Shown here: one piece after another, positions 1 through 9,875 of the stretch | Layout of the letters: every line of letters starts with the position of its first letter | Position numbering within the stretch: the first letter of the stretch is position 1 | DNA from: an uncultured Lewinella sp. | GTDB taxonomy: Bacteria; Bacteroidota; Bacteroidia; Chitinophagales; Saprospiraceae | Direction of reading: 5' to 3' | Assembly: GCA_937949535.1 (NCBI GenBank) | Contig: CALEDI010000108.1 | Coordinates: 4,149-68,148, forward strand | Length of the DNA: 64,000 nt | Position numbers and translations under genes: made by a program | The notes under the pieces: generated by a model | Database searches by the model: none | Told to the model about the DNA's origin: nothing | Seen by the model: only the letters and a program-made list of their open reading frames with translations

Positions 1-3000
1 GGGCGGCGTTTGGGTATAAATAATCCCTCCAGTTCCCGAAGGGGGAGTTGTTGTCGGACTACCAGTTTCAGAACAATTATCCTGCGCGGTCGCAGGTCCA
101 ATGTTCCAGTAATCGGGTACGGTATAACTACAAGCGGCGGTCAGGGTACCGATGGTATCGTTTTGGCAAACGGGGATGGTTGGAGGTGTTCGGTCAATGA
201 GGGTTACGTCGAAGGAACAGCTCACGAAGTTTCCGCTCCCATCTGTAGCCGTCAGGGTAATGGTTTGGGTTGCGTTGTGGCCGCTGATGGTGGTCCCGAT
301 GGCGGGCATCTGGGTGACCGTGATGTCGCTCTGGTCACAGGAGCTGCTGGCGGAAGCGTCTCCGGTATAGTCGGGTATCACGACCTCGCAGTCGTCGTCG
401 GCGGTCAGTTCCTGATCGGTGGGGCAGGTGATCATCGGGTCGGTGGAGTCCTCTAGGCTTACCATGAATTTACAACTGTCGATGTTACCGGATTCATCGG
501 TAGCGATGATGGTTACGTCTAGGGTGGTACCGTCTCCGCTCAGCGGTGTGCCGGGAATGGGGCTTTGGGTTAGGGTAATGGCGGCGGGGTCTGAGCAGTT
601 GTCGGTTGGGCCAGTATTGGGCCGATAATCGGGCAGCATGACAAGACAATTTCCGTCTACGCTGATCACATCATCGGCGGGGCAAACGATCATCGGCGGC
701 AGGGAGTCGATGAGTTGTACGTCGAAATCACAGGTGATGAAGTTGCCGCTCGCGTCGGTTGCGGTTAGGGTAATGGTTAGCGCTCCCCCGCCCAAAGGAG
801 GCGTCACGGATGTTCCGGCTACGGGGCTTTGGGTTACGGTTAGCCCCCCAGCCCCCAGAGGGGGAGTTCCACAATTATCCGCTACGACGGCGAGGGTGGT
901 GTAGTCTGGAATTAGGGCGGCGCAGTTGGCGTCTACGGCTAGGGTAGTGTCGTTGGGGCAGATGATCGTTGGGCGGGTCGTATCGGCCAGTTCAACAGTA
1001 ATCATGCACTGGCTCATGTTTCCGCTGGGGTCGGTAGCGGTGAGGGTGATGATTTGCTCGGCGCCGAGGCCGGAGATCATTGCGCCTGCATCCGGGCTTT
1101 GCACCAGCGTCAGCGCCCCTTGCCCCCCAGCCCCCAAAGGGGGAGCCGTGGCGCAATTGTCCGACACCATTATGCTGTCTCGGTAATCGGCGATGGTCAC
1201 GACACAGGAAGCATCGGCAGGAATAACGCTCAGCGGTGGGCAAACGAGCGTTGGCGGCGTGTTGTCGCTCAGCGTTACCATAAACGAACAATCCGTTGTA
1301 TTGCCGTTGCCGTCGTCAGCCGTGAGGGTGACGGTTTCGGTGCCGAGGGTATTGATGACCGTGCCAGCAGGTGCATTTTGCGAGATCGCAGGTGCAGGGG
1401 AACAGTTATCGGCGGCGGTTGCCAGACCAGTGTAATCCGCGAGCGTGATGGTACAGCTTCCATCTACGAACACTTCCTGATCTGGAGGACAGATGATGGT
1501 TGGCGGTGTGTTGTCTTGAAGCGTGATGAGGAAAGAACAATCTGCGGTGTTGCCGTTACCATCATCGGCTGTCAGGGTAATGTTCTTACTTATGTTGTCT
1601 CCACTCAGCATCGTCCCTGGGGCCAATACTTGGGTTACCGTAATGGCGGAGGGGTCGGTACAGTTGTCGGTTGCGCTCCCTTCCCGATAGTCTGGTACTA
1701 GGGCGTTACAGTCTGCGTCTAAGAAGATGGTCTGGTCTTCTGGGCAGGTGATTTCGGGGTCGGTGTTGTCTTCGAGCGTAATTGTGGTGATGCACTGAGC
1801 GGTGTTGCCGTTGCGGTCATCGGCCGTGAGGGTGACCACTATTTCTGTTGCGTCGTTCATGAAGGTCTGCCCGATGCCGATGTTCTGGGTGATGATGATC
1901 ATCCCCTCCGCCGTACAGTTGTCCAATACATCCGTCTGAACGGTGAGGTCTTCGAGGTCGTAGGAGCAGTTTTCGTCGAGGTCTACGGATTTGTCTGCTG
2001 GGCAAGAGATCGTTGGCGGCACGTTGTCTTCCAGCGTAACGATGAAGGAACAGCTGTCGAGGTTCCCGTTTCCGTCGTCGGCTAAGATGGTGACTTGGGT
2101 AGCGTCTCCCTCTCCGTTGAGTACCGTTCCGGGTGCGGGCCGCTGGGTGAGGGTGATGGCTCCCGGAGCGGTACAATTGTCGGTTACGACAGCATCTCCA
2201 CGGTAATCGGGGATGAGGGCATCACAGTTCGCGTCGGGGCGAACTACTTGGTCTCCTGGGCAGGCGATGGCGGGTTGGGTTTCGTCTTTTGCCGTAACAG
2301 TGAAGGAGCACTCCTCCATATTCCCGCTACCGTCGGTGACCGAAACCGTCACGGTCTCGGTCGTATTATGCCCACTAATGACCGTTCCTGGGGGCGGAGT
2401 CTGGACAACGATGAGGTCTTGCTCCGCTGTACAATTGTCTTGCGCTACCACCATGCCGGTGTAGTCTCCAATCATTATTTCGCAGTCAGCATTGGTTAGT
2501 AAGGTATCCGGTTCAGGGCAAGTGACGACCGGAGGCGTAGTATCTCGGACGGCCAAGATGAAGGTACACTGGGCCAGGTTTCCGCTGGGGTCCATTGCGG
2601 AGATGGTCACGGTTTGGTCTACGGAAGGGCCACTGAAAGCCGCCCCCGGCATGGGGTCTTGGGTGATGGTAAGCTCGTTGTTTGCCGCGCAGTTGTCGTC
2701 AATCGTCGCTAAGCTTCGGTAGTCTTCTAGTAGGAAAACACAGGCTTCGTCGAAAGCATCCGTTTGGGTAGCAGGGCAGACGAGGGCTGGCGGGAAGGTA
2801 TCGATCATCGTTACCTCGAACATACACATCGATGAGTTTCCGTTCAGGTCAAGGGCCGTGATGGTTACCATTTGGGGCACGTCTAGCTGGCTGGCCGGGA
2901 TCAGCGTCATGTCTGCCGGAGATTGGGTATAGATAACCCCCGCAGCGGGTTGCATACATTCGTTTACTGCGAGGACGAGGTCCGTATAGTCGTCGTATTG

Positions 3001-6000
3001 CCCAGTACAATCATCAGCACTTGCGATTTCGATTTGGCCGCCGGGGCAGGTCAGGTTGAGCGGTACATCGTCGTTTAGGCTTACGTCAAAAGTACAGTTT
3101 GCCGTATTTCCGTTGCCATCGTCGGCGGTTAGGGTAACGGTGATAACAGTTGGTATGGCGGGGTTGCCATTGTCCATCACCATAGTTCCAACCGTAGGTG
3201 ATTGTGTGATAATGATGTCGGCCTCCGCCCGGCAATTATCGAGTACCGTGATTCCGTCGGTGTAGTCAGGGAAAGGCACCGCACAAACATCATCGACGGT
3301 CAGGATTTGGTTGTCGGGGCAAACCACGGGTGTAGGCGGAGCTTGGTCTTCAAAAGTAACCGTTGCTGTACAGGTTACGGTATTACCGCTGGCGTCCATG
3401 ACGGTGAAGGTTACGTCTACGGTAGTACCATCTCCGCCGTACTGTGCGCCAGCAGCGGGGCTTTGGCTGATGGTTAGTGCGGTTGCCGAGCAGTTGTCGT
3501 TGGTGACTAAGTTGGGGATCAGATCAGGGATTACACCGTTACAGTCCTCATCTAGCGCAATGGTTACACCGGCCGCCGAGCAATCTACTGTTGGGTCTAC
3601 TTCGTCTCGGATCAGGACGGTCAGGGTACAGGCGGCGGTGTTTCCGCTTTCGTCTTCGGCGGTTAGTACAACATCAATCTGGGGCGGAACGAGCCCGTTG
3701 TAAACCGTGTTTGGAGCAATGTCTTGGGTTACGACAATGGTGCCCGGGTCGGTACAGTTGTCCATTACAGTCGCCATACTGGTGTAGTCTCCCAGCATAG
3801 CGTCACAGTTGGCGGCATCGAGCAAGATGGTTTGAGTAGGTGGGCAAACGATGGTCGGCATTGCTTCGTCTACGGGCGTAATCTCGAAGGTGCAGGTTTG
3901 TACGTTGCCTGCCGCGTCGGTGGCCGTCAGGGTGATCGTTTGCGGAATATTGAGCTGCGCTTCGGGAATGATGGTTCCGGCGGTAGGGCTCTGGGTTACA
4001 GTTAGCCCGCCACCCCCCAAAGGGGGAGAGCTGCAATTGTCCATTACAGTAGCTTCGCCGGTATAGTCCGGGATTTCAAAGTCGCAGTTTGCGCTCACGG
4101 GTTCGTTGCGGTCTGCGGGGCAAACGATGTCGGGCATTTCGGTGTCCTCCGCTACCACGGTAAAGGTGCAACTTACAGTGTTGCCGTTGCCATCGTCGGC
4201 GGTGATGGTGACCATTCGTTGGTCACCGTCGAAGCTCAAGATGGTTCCTCCGGCGGGGCTCTGCACCAACGATATGGTGGTCATGGCACAATCGTCGGAC
4301 ACCGTCGCGATGCCAGTATAATCTGGCAAGACGACCGAGCAGTCTCCGTCGAGGGTAAGCGTTGCTGGCGGGGGGCAAGTAATCGTTGGGTCCGTTACGT
4401 CCTTCAGCGTCACGTTGAATTGGCAACTCGCGGAGTTGCCGTTGCCGTCGTCTACGTTGAAGGTAACAGGGATTACGGCGTTTGCGCCCATCACGATGGT
4501 GCCCGCAGCAGGCATTTGCTGTACCGTTAGCCCGCCAGCTCCCGAAGCGGGGGTACAGTTATCGTCCAGTGTTAGTTGGGAGGTAAAGTCTGGCAGGGTA
4601 ACTTGGCAGCCTGTTGCGTCTAGGTCAAGATCTTGTACGGCTGGGCAGGTTACGGTAGGCGGCGTTACGTCGTCTAGCGTAATTGTTGTGGTACACATGG
4701 CCGTCAGTCCGTTGCCATCATCAACGGTTAGTACGATGCTTTGGGTGATGCCGTCTCCGGTTAGTACGGTACCAACGGCAATGTCTTGGGTTACGGTTAG
4801 TGTTGCGCCTTGGTCGCAGTTATCGCTAGTGATGGCGAGCCCGGTCAGGTCAGGAACAGTTGCCATACAGTTGTCATCGACCTCCACAGTTGCGGGCTGG
4901 GGGCAGGTGATCATCGGGGAAGTGACGTCGGAGGTAGTGAGTAAGAAAGAGCAATCGGCGGAGTTTCCGGCCTCGTCGGTGGCGGTGAGGGTGATGGTTT
5001 GGGTTCCGGGGCCAACGGCACCGGGGGAGCCGGGGGCTGGGCTTTGTGTTACGGTGATGGCGGCTCCAGGGCTGCAGTTGTCGGTTATGGTGGCGAAACC
5101 ACGGTAATCACCAATTTGGTAGGTACAGTTGCCGTTGGCATCGCTGGAGAGCGATTGGTTGGCGGTAGGGGGGCAGGTGATCGTGGGTGGGGTCTGGTCT
5201 GCGAGGGTGAGGGTGTAAGTACAGTTTGCGGTATTGCCTGCTTCGTCGGTAGCCGTAAGGGTGACCATGACTACGGTTCCGTCCGCATTTCTTACCTGAC
5301 CTTGCACCGGCGTTTGCGCCAAAGTAATGTCACCCATCGCTGAGCAATTGTCGGTAACCGTGAGGCTCGTAGTTAGGTCGGGAATGGTGTATTGGCAACT
5401 GCCGTCAACGGCTACGTCTGCATCTGCGGGGCAGGTCACCTCTGGCGCAATCGGGTCTATCGCCGTAATCGTAAAAGTACAAGTTGCGTCGTTACCGCTT
5501 TGGTCGGTTGCGGTGATGGTGACGGTATTTGCGCCAAGGTTCAGGTTGCTCCCTGGGGCTGGTGCTTGCGTGATGGCGATCATGTTGGTTGCCGTACAGT
5601 TGTCGCTAGACTGTGCAGACCCCGTATAATCGACAATAGCTTGGGTACAGTTTTCGTCTAAGGCCACGGTTGCGTTTCCGGGGCAGATTATGGCAGGGTC
5701 AACGTCGTCAACGGTGGTTACGGTCACTTCTTCCGTACAAATACCATCATCGTAACGGATCGTTTCGGTTACGGGTACGCCGGTGAAGTTGTTGCCTAGC
5801 GTAACCACGCCGTTGGCGTCAACGGTAGTCCCGATGTTGCTTCCGGGCGTAATTCCGGTACGGACGGAGTAGGTGCCGCCGGGAGAATCGTTGGTTATTG
5901 CGTTCAGCACGTCGCCGGGGCAGCCAGTGCTTTGGGTCTGCACCAAGTTGGGTTCGTCGATGATGCCGTCTCCGTCATCATCCTTACCATTATCACAGAC

Positions 6001-8124
6001 CTCTCCGCAGCGGACATTACCGATCTGGTTGAGGTTGTTGGTGTAGTCACATTCCGCCGTTCCGGTCAGGGGGAAGTCGCTGTCTTCGAACGGAAGATCT
6101 GCTGGCGGGAAGCCGGGGTCGTTTACGCTCAGGAAGATGGGTGACCCCGGCGGGATCAAGGCAACGGGGATGGTCCGGATTATCGTCACGGTTTGGCCGG
6201 GGTCTACTTGCGTACCGATGGTGGTAGTTTGGATGAGGTTGGGCATCCCAGTGCTGGGGTCTCCGTCGTAGTAAGAGATCGGGGTGTTGGCTGGCAATGG
6301 AGCAGACCCATTGACGTTGTCAACGATCAGGGTCACGATGATTTCATCTGGGCAGCCGCTAAAGTCAATGTCTGGGTCTCCGTTTACATCAAGAGAGGCC
6401 ATGATTACGGCGTCGGCAGCGGGGTAAGTCACAACTCCGTCTGGGCCTCCACCAATCGAGGTCTGCACCAAGAAGTTGTTGTATCGCTGGCCCAAGGCCG
6501 GGTTCAAGTTGTTTTGCTGAAACTGCGGTACCGTTAGGTCATTGTTGATGTTGGTGACGTTGTAGCCGTGCTGGTTCCAGACGTTGCGGGCAGGCACCCA
6601 AGGCTGGTTAGAGGATTCGTAAACGCTGATCCAGCCCGTGCCCGAGCCCCCCGGGCCGTTGACTGCCTGAGACGTAACCACGATTTCGGCAGTGCCGTCT
6701 CCGTTCACATCAGCAACGATGGGGTATTCCGTCCGGGTTCCGGAACGACTCTGGATGCGGTAGAGTTCCATCCCGGTTGCGCCGTCGTAAATGAAGAGGT
6801 GTTCTTCTTCGGAGTAGACGACTTCTACTGTTCCGTTTCCATCAAAATCAAACAGCGTAGAGCCTGTACGCTGCGAGCCATCATCTAGGCCGGTGATTTG
6901 CCAGAGGGTAACCCAGGTTCCGTTGTTGGGGTTGGCGTCGCCGTCGTTGTCTATGTAGTTGCGGACGGTATAGATGTTTCGGCCAGCGAAGCCTAGTTCT
7001 ACGTCTCCGTCGCCGTCGAAGTCCCCGATATTGATTCTTCCACCAGAGGTTGTATTGGGCACTTGGTAGCTGGAGCCGATGATTTGGTTGGTATAGGGAT
7101 CCCAGGCGTATACGTCTCCGGCGTCCATCACGGCGATGTCCATGCGCCCGTCTCCGTTGATGTCGGCGATGGAGGTCATGCCGTCGCGGAGGTTTGTTGG
7201 GCCGCTGTATTCAGCGGCGAGCTGGTAGGTGCCGTTGTCTGGGCCTCCGGCGGGGTCGAAGTCTACGGTCCAGACTTGGTTACCCGCGATGTATTCTAGG
7301 CCGGCGGCTTCGGGGCCGAAGGTGCCGCCGTCGGGTTTGGGGTCTCCGGGTTGGAATAGGTCGTAGTAGATGGGGAAGCGGTCGGAATTATTATTGGCGG
7401 CGTAGCCACCGACGTTGACGGAAGCGTCACCATCTACGTAGCGTTCACCAGTGATGGCGTTAAAAATCCGATCACCGATGTACACCTCAGGGATGCCGTC
7501 TTGGTTGATGTCGGCTATTTGTGGGGTAGAGACGTTGTTGTCGTCTCCGATACCATTGGCTGTTCGCCAGATGGCATTGGGGTTCCCGTATTCGTAGCGA
7601 GCAAGGATGCCGCCTGTTTCAACCTGAAAAAGGTCTCCTATCCCGTTTTCGTCTACGTCAGCAATGGCGATCTGGCCAAACGGGTGGGTTGTTGGCGTAA
7701 CGATGCTTTGTTCTAGCATGCCGGTAGCGCCGTCGAATATTTGAATTCGGGCTGGGTTGTTGTCTCTACTCACCAGTTCTGCAATACCGTCTCCGTCCAA
7801 ATCCCCGACAACAACGCCTGCGCGCTGGTCAATGGCATATTGGCTTTCGTCTGTTTGGTAGACGAGGTTTAGCTCAATTTCCTCAAGCTCTGGTGGGGTA
7901 TAGCCGCAGACGGGTACGGGCGGGTTGAAGAAGAAGTCTTCACAGCCGTTTATTCCGCTACAGTCTTGGTCGTAGCAATCAATCAATCCATCGCCATCAT
8001 TGTCTATTCCATCTCCACAAGCAGTTTCCTGTGCAGAAATTGAATTGAAACAACCACAAATAGCCACGGTAAACACAAGGCGTAAAAGCAACACAGGGAT
8101 AAAATTTAGCTCATGAGACAACAA
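1..8124 (-). CDS. Giant secreted surface protein/adhesin: signal peptide, Cys/Asp Ca-binding motifs, 7-blade FG-GAP (VCBS) propeller, >20 HYR-like Ig repeats; 3' end runs off the window
   Basis: Absent from the ORF track because no stop lies in the window. Manual translation gives the same frame at both ends: N-term (TTG 8124) LSHELNFIPVLLLRLVFTVAICGCFNSISAQETACGDGIDNDGDGLIDCYDQDC; FG-GAP loops such as GDLDGDGIAELVV, ADINGDGRMDIAV, GDFDGDGDVELGF; ~85-aa repeats with 'DNC..TVTQSP..G..TLTA.D..GN...C'. In-frame upstream stop at 8212-8214 and a promoter at 8139-8146 support the TTG start. Confidence 0.9.
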   Translation of the reverse strand, partial: MLSHELNFIPVLLLRLVFTVAICGCFNSISAQETACGDGIDNDGDGLIDCYDQDCSGINGCEDFFFNPPVPVCGYTPPELEEIELNLVYQTDESQYAIDQRAGVVVGDLDGDGIAELVSRDNNPARIQIFDGATGMLEQSIVTPTTHPFGQIAIADVDENGIGDLFQVETGGILARYEYGNPNAIWRTANGIGDDNNVSTPQIADINQDGIPEVYIGDRIFNAITGERYVDGDASVNVGGYAANNNSDRFPIYYDLFQPGDPKPDGGTFGPEAAGLEYIAGNQVWTVDFDPAGGPDNGTYQLAAEYSGPTNLRDGMTSIADINGDGRMDIAVMDAGDVYAWDPYTNQIIGSSYQVPNTTSGGRINIGDFDGDGDVELGFAGRNIYTVRNYIDNDGDANPNNGTWVTLWQITGLDDGSQRTGSTLFDFDGNGTVEVVYSEEEHLFIYDGATGMELYRIQSRSGTRTEYPIVADVNGDGTAEIVVTSQAVNGPGGSGTGWISVYESSNQPWVPARNVWNQHGYNVTNINNDLTVPQFQQNNLNPALGQRYNNFLVQTSIGGGPDGVVTYPAADAVIMASLDVNGDPDIDFSGCPDEIIVTLIVDNVNGSAPLPANTPISYYDGDPSTGMPNLIQTTTIGTQVDPGQTVTIIRTIPVALIPPGSPIFLSVNDPGFPPADLPFEDSDFPLTGTAECDYTNNLNQIGNVRCGEVCDNGKDDDGDGIIDEPNLVQTQSTGCPGDVLNAITNDSPGGTYSVRTGITPGSNIGTTVDANGVVTLGNNFTGVPVTETIRYDDGICTEEVTVTTVDDVDPAIICPGNATVALDENCTQAIVDYTGSAQSSDNCTATNMIAITQAPAPGSNLNLGANTVTITATDQSGNDATCTFTITAIDPIAPEVTCPADADVAVDGSCQYTIPDLTTSLTVTDNCSAMGDITLAQTPVQGQVRNADGTVVMVTLTATDEAGNTANCTYTLTLADQTPPTITCPPTANQSLSSDANGNCTYQIGDYRGFATITDNCSPGAAITVTQSPAPGSPGAVGPGTQTITLTATDEAGNSADCSFLLTTSDVTSPMITCPQPATVEVDDNCMATVPDLTGLAITSDNCDQGATLTVTQDIAVGTVLTGDGITQSIVLTVDDGNGLTAMCTTTITLDDVTPPTVTCPAVQDLDLDATGCQVTLPDFTSQLTLDDNCTPASGAGGLTVQQMPAAGTIVMGANAVIPVTFNVDDGNGNSASCQFNVTLKDVTDPTITCPPPATLTLDGDCSVVLPDYTGIATVSDDCAMTTISLVQSPAGGTILSFDGDQRMVTITADDGNGNTVSCTFTVVAEDTEMPDIVCPADRNEPVSANCDFEIPDYTGEATVMDNCSSPPLGGGGLTVTQSPTAGTIIPEAQLNIPQTITLTATDAAGNVQTCTFEITPVDEAMPTIVCPPTQTILLDAANCDAMLGDYTSMATVMDNCTDPGTIVVTQDIAPNTVYNGLVPPQIDVVLTAEDESGNTAACTLTVLIRDEVDPTVDCSAAGVTIALDEDCNGVIPDLIPNLVTNDNCSATALTISQSPAAGAQYGGDGTTVDVTFTVMDASGNTVTCTATVTFEDQAPPTPVVCPDNQILTVDDVCAVPFPDYTDGITVLDNCRAEADIIITQSPTVGTMVMDNGNPAIPTVITVTLTADDGNGNTANCTFDVSLNDDVPLNLTCPGGQIEIASADDCTGQYDDYTDLVLAVNECMQPAAGVIYTQSPADMTLIPASQLDVPQMVTITALDLNGNSSMCMFEVTMIDTFPPALVCPATQTDAFDEACVFLLEDYRSLATIDDNCAANNELTITQDPMPGAAFSGPSVDQTVTISAMDPSGNLAQCTFILAVRDTTPPVVTCPEPDTLLTNADCEIMIGDYTGMVVAQDNCTAEQDLIVVQTPPPGTVISGHNTTETVTVSVTDGSGNMEECSFTVTAKDETQPAIACPGDQVVRPDANCDALIPDYRGDAVVTDNCTAPGAITLTQRPAPGTVLNGEGDATQVTILADDGNGNLDSCSFIVTLEDNVPPTISCPADKSVDLDENCSYDLEDLTVQTDVLDNCTAEGMIIITQNIGIGQTFMNDATEIVVTLTADDRNGNTAQCITTITLEDNTDPEITCPEDQTIFLDADCNALVPDYREGSATDNCTDPSAITVTQVLAPGTMLSGDNISKNITLTADDGNGNTADCSFLITLQDNTPPTIICPPDQEVFVDGSCTITLADYTGLATAADNCSPAPAISQNAPAGTVINTLGTETVTLTADDGNGNTTDCSFMVTLSDNTPPTLVCPPLSVIPADASCVVTIADYRDSIMVSDNCATAPPLGAGGQGALTLVQSPDAGAMISGLGAEQIITLTATDPSGNMSQCMITVELADTTRPTIICPNDTTLAVDANCAALIPDYTTLAVVADNCGTPPLGAGGLTVTQSPVAGTSVTPPLGGGALTITLTATDASGNFITCDFDVQLIDSLPPMIVCPADDVISVDGNCLVMLPDYRPNTGPTDNCSDPAAITLTQSPIPGTPLSGDGTTLDVTIIATDESGNIDSCKFMVSLEDSTDPMITCPTDQELTADDDCEVVIPDYTGDASASSSCDQSDITVTQMPAIGTTISGHNATQTITLTATDGSGNFVSCSFDVTLIDRTPPTIPVCQNDTIGTLTAACSYTVPDYWNIGPATAQDNCSETGSPTTTPPSGTGGIIYTQTPP

Positions 8125-8138
8125 AGACGAATCTAGGC

Positions 8139-8146
8139 CAAAGGTA
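8139..8146 (-). promoter_or_regulatory. Bacteroidota -7 promoter element (TACCTTTG) of the adhesin gene
   Basis: Matches TAnnTTTG 14 nt upstream of the TTG start. Confidence 0.6.
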
Positions 8147-8237
8147 AGTATTTCTACATGCCTTAAGCGTTTCTTGCCCCGTAATGTGCGCGTAATACAT
8201 CGCCAAGTTGTTTAATGTGTTACTCTCCCCCCCCATA

Positions 8238-9785
8238 CTACTTCACATACTCTCGCTCAATTTCCTCCAGCGTCTTGCCTTTAGTTTCTGGCAGTACCCA
8301 CCAAAAGACCACCAAACCACCAAGCGCAATCAAGCCATAAATCAAAAAAGTAAGGCTGCTACCAAGGGTAGAAAGCTCCCAAGGGAAGAAGCGGGACACC
8401 CCCCAACTAGCAAAACTATTGATAAAACCAATGAAGCCAATCGCTAGCCCCCGGTAAGCGTTGGGGTACATTTCAGAAAGCATCACCCACATCACCGGCC
8501 CCAAAGAAAAGGCGAAACAAGCCACGAAACCCAATATCCCGATCATCACCAAAATCGCGTTCATCGTGGTGGCCCGTTCCAGAATGTCGCCTTCGTATTT
8601 CTTATACGTTTGCTCGCCAAGGGCAGATTTTGCAGCCCCTTTAAAAGCAACGTCGTTGTCGAATGTTTGCCCAACGAGCGGAGCCAGTGCTCCAGCATCC
8701 AGTTCTGTAAGCTCTCCCACGTCGGCCGCGTCGAGGGTGTACGTCGCTTCGCTAAAACTGTAAGCACACAGCAGCATGCTGAGGCCAATACCCCCAATCC
8801 CCGTCAGCAACAGTTTTCGCCGCCCAATTCGGTCAATCAAGTAAATAGCCACAATGGTAAACACCACGGAGGTAAGGCTCAGCCACACCCCAGAAGTGAA
8901 GGCTGCATCCGTACCAATACCGGTTTGCTTAAAGATCGAAGTCGCGTAAAAGTAGATCGCATTGATGCCCGTCACCTGTTGCAACACCCCAATCGCAATC
9001 CCAACCCAGAGCAGGAAACGCAACTTGGGCGCAAAGAGCGCCCAAATACTCGTCTTGGTCTCCGTAGCCCTCTCTTGGGCCATGTTTGCGCTGATTTCTT
9101 CGGCTTCCTTACGCGCCGCCTCCGCTCCATGAAGCCTAACCAGTACCCGCTCGGCTTCTTCGTCTTTGCCCTGCTGAAATAACCAACGCGGACTGCGCGG
9201 CACGAAAAACAACAGGATAAAATACAGTAAGGCCGGTAAAAATTCAATCCCCAACATCCAGCGCCAAACCGTAGTGTCCGTTAGCCCGTAAGCCCCATCG
9301 TTGTTGAGGCTATTGAGGTAAGCATTGCAGAGAAAGGCCGCAAAAAAGCCCAACACAATGTTGAGCTGCTGGATGGAAACCAACGAGCCCCGCCGCTCCG
9401 CCGAAGAGATTTCAGCGATGAACGTAGGCGCAATCACCAACGCCGCACCAAACGCAATACCCCCCAACAAACGGGCTACATAAAGCGCTTCGTACCCCCC
9501 AGCATAAGCCGACCACAACGCCGAAAGGGCGTAAAGAAAGGCCACCACCAGCAGTACAATCTTGCGGCCAATCACGTCGCTAAGCTTACCCGCTACCAGC
9601 ATCGCAAACATAGCCGCCAGAGTAGGTGCCGCTACAATAGAGCCCTCTTGGCCGTCGGTAAGGCCAAAAAATGGACTGGCAAAGTTCATCACACCAGAAA
9701 TAATCCCAGCATCAAAACCAAAAAGAAAGCCCCCCAACGACACAACGAGGGCAAGGAATACGGTGAAATTGGAGGTCTTTTGCAT
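8238..9785 (-). CDS. MFS sugar porter family transporter
   Basis: GGFLFGFDAGIISG, SDVIGRK, QQVTGINAIYFYA, DRIGRR and PETKGKTLEEI motifs; ~12 TM segments. Confidence 0.95.
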   Translation of the reverse strand: MQKTSNFTVFLALVVSLGGFLFGFDAGIISGVMNFASPFFGLTDGQEGSIVAAPTLAAMFAMLVAGKLSDVIGRKIVLLVVAFLYALSALWSAYAGGYEALYVARLLGGIAFGAALVIAPTFIAEISSAERRGSLVSIQQLNIVLGFFAAFLCNAYLNSLNNDGAYGLTDTTVWRWMLGIEFLPALLYFILLFFVPRSPRWLFQQGKDEEAERVLVRLHGAEAARKEAEEISANMAQERATETKTSIWALFAPKLRFLLWVGIAIGVLQQVTGINAIYFYATSIFKQTGIGTDAAFTSGVWLSLTSVVFTIVAIYLIDRIGRRKLLLTGIGGIGLSMLLCAYSFSEATYTLDAADVGELTELDAGALAPLVGQTFDNDVAFKGAAKSALGEQTYKKYEGDILERATTMNAILVMIGILGFVACFAFSLGPVMWVMLSEMYPNAYRGLAIGFIGFINSFASWGVSRFFPWELSTLGSSLTFLIYGLIALGGLVVFWWVLPETKGKTLEEIEREYVK

Positions 9786-9875
9786 GGTAAGTTTGTTTTC
9801 CCCCAATAAGCAGCTTATTTATGGCTCCTGCAAGTGCTGATGCGCTGCCCAAACATAAAATTAGTCCCCCAACTA

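Noticed and set aside
10-7716. Dozens of + strand ORFs in the first 8 kb
   Set aside because: Antisense shadows of the giant minus-strand adhesin gene.
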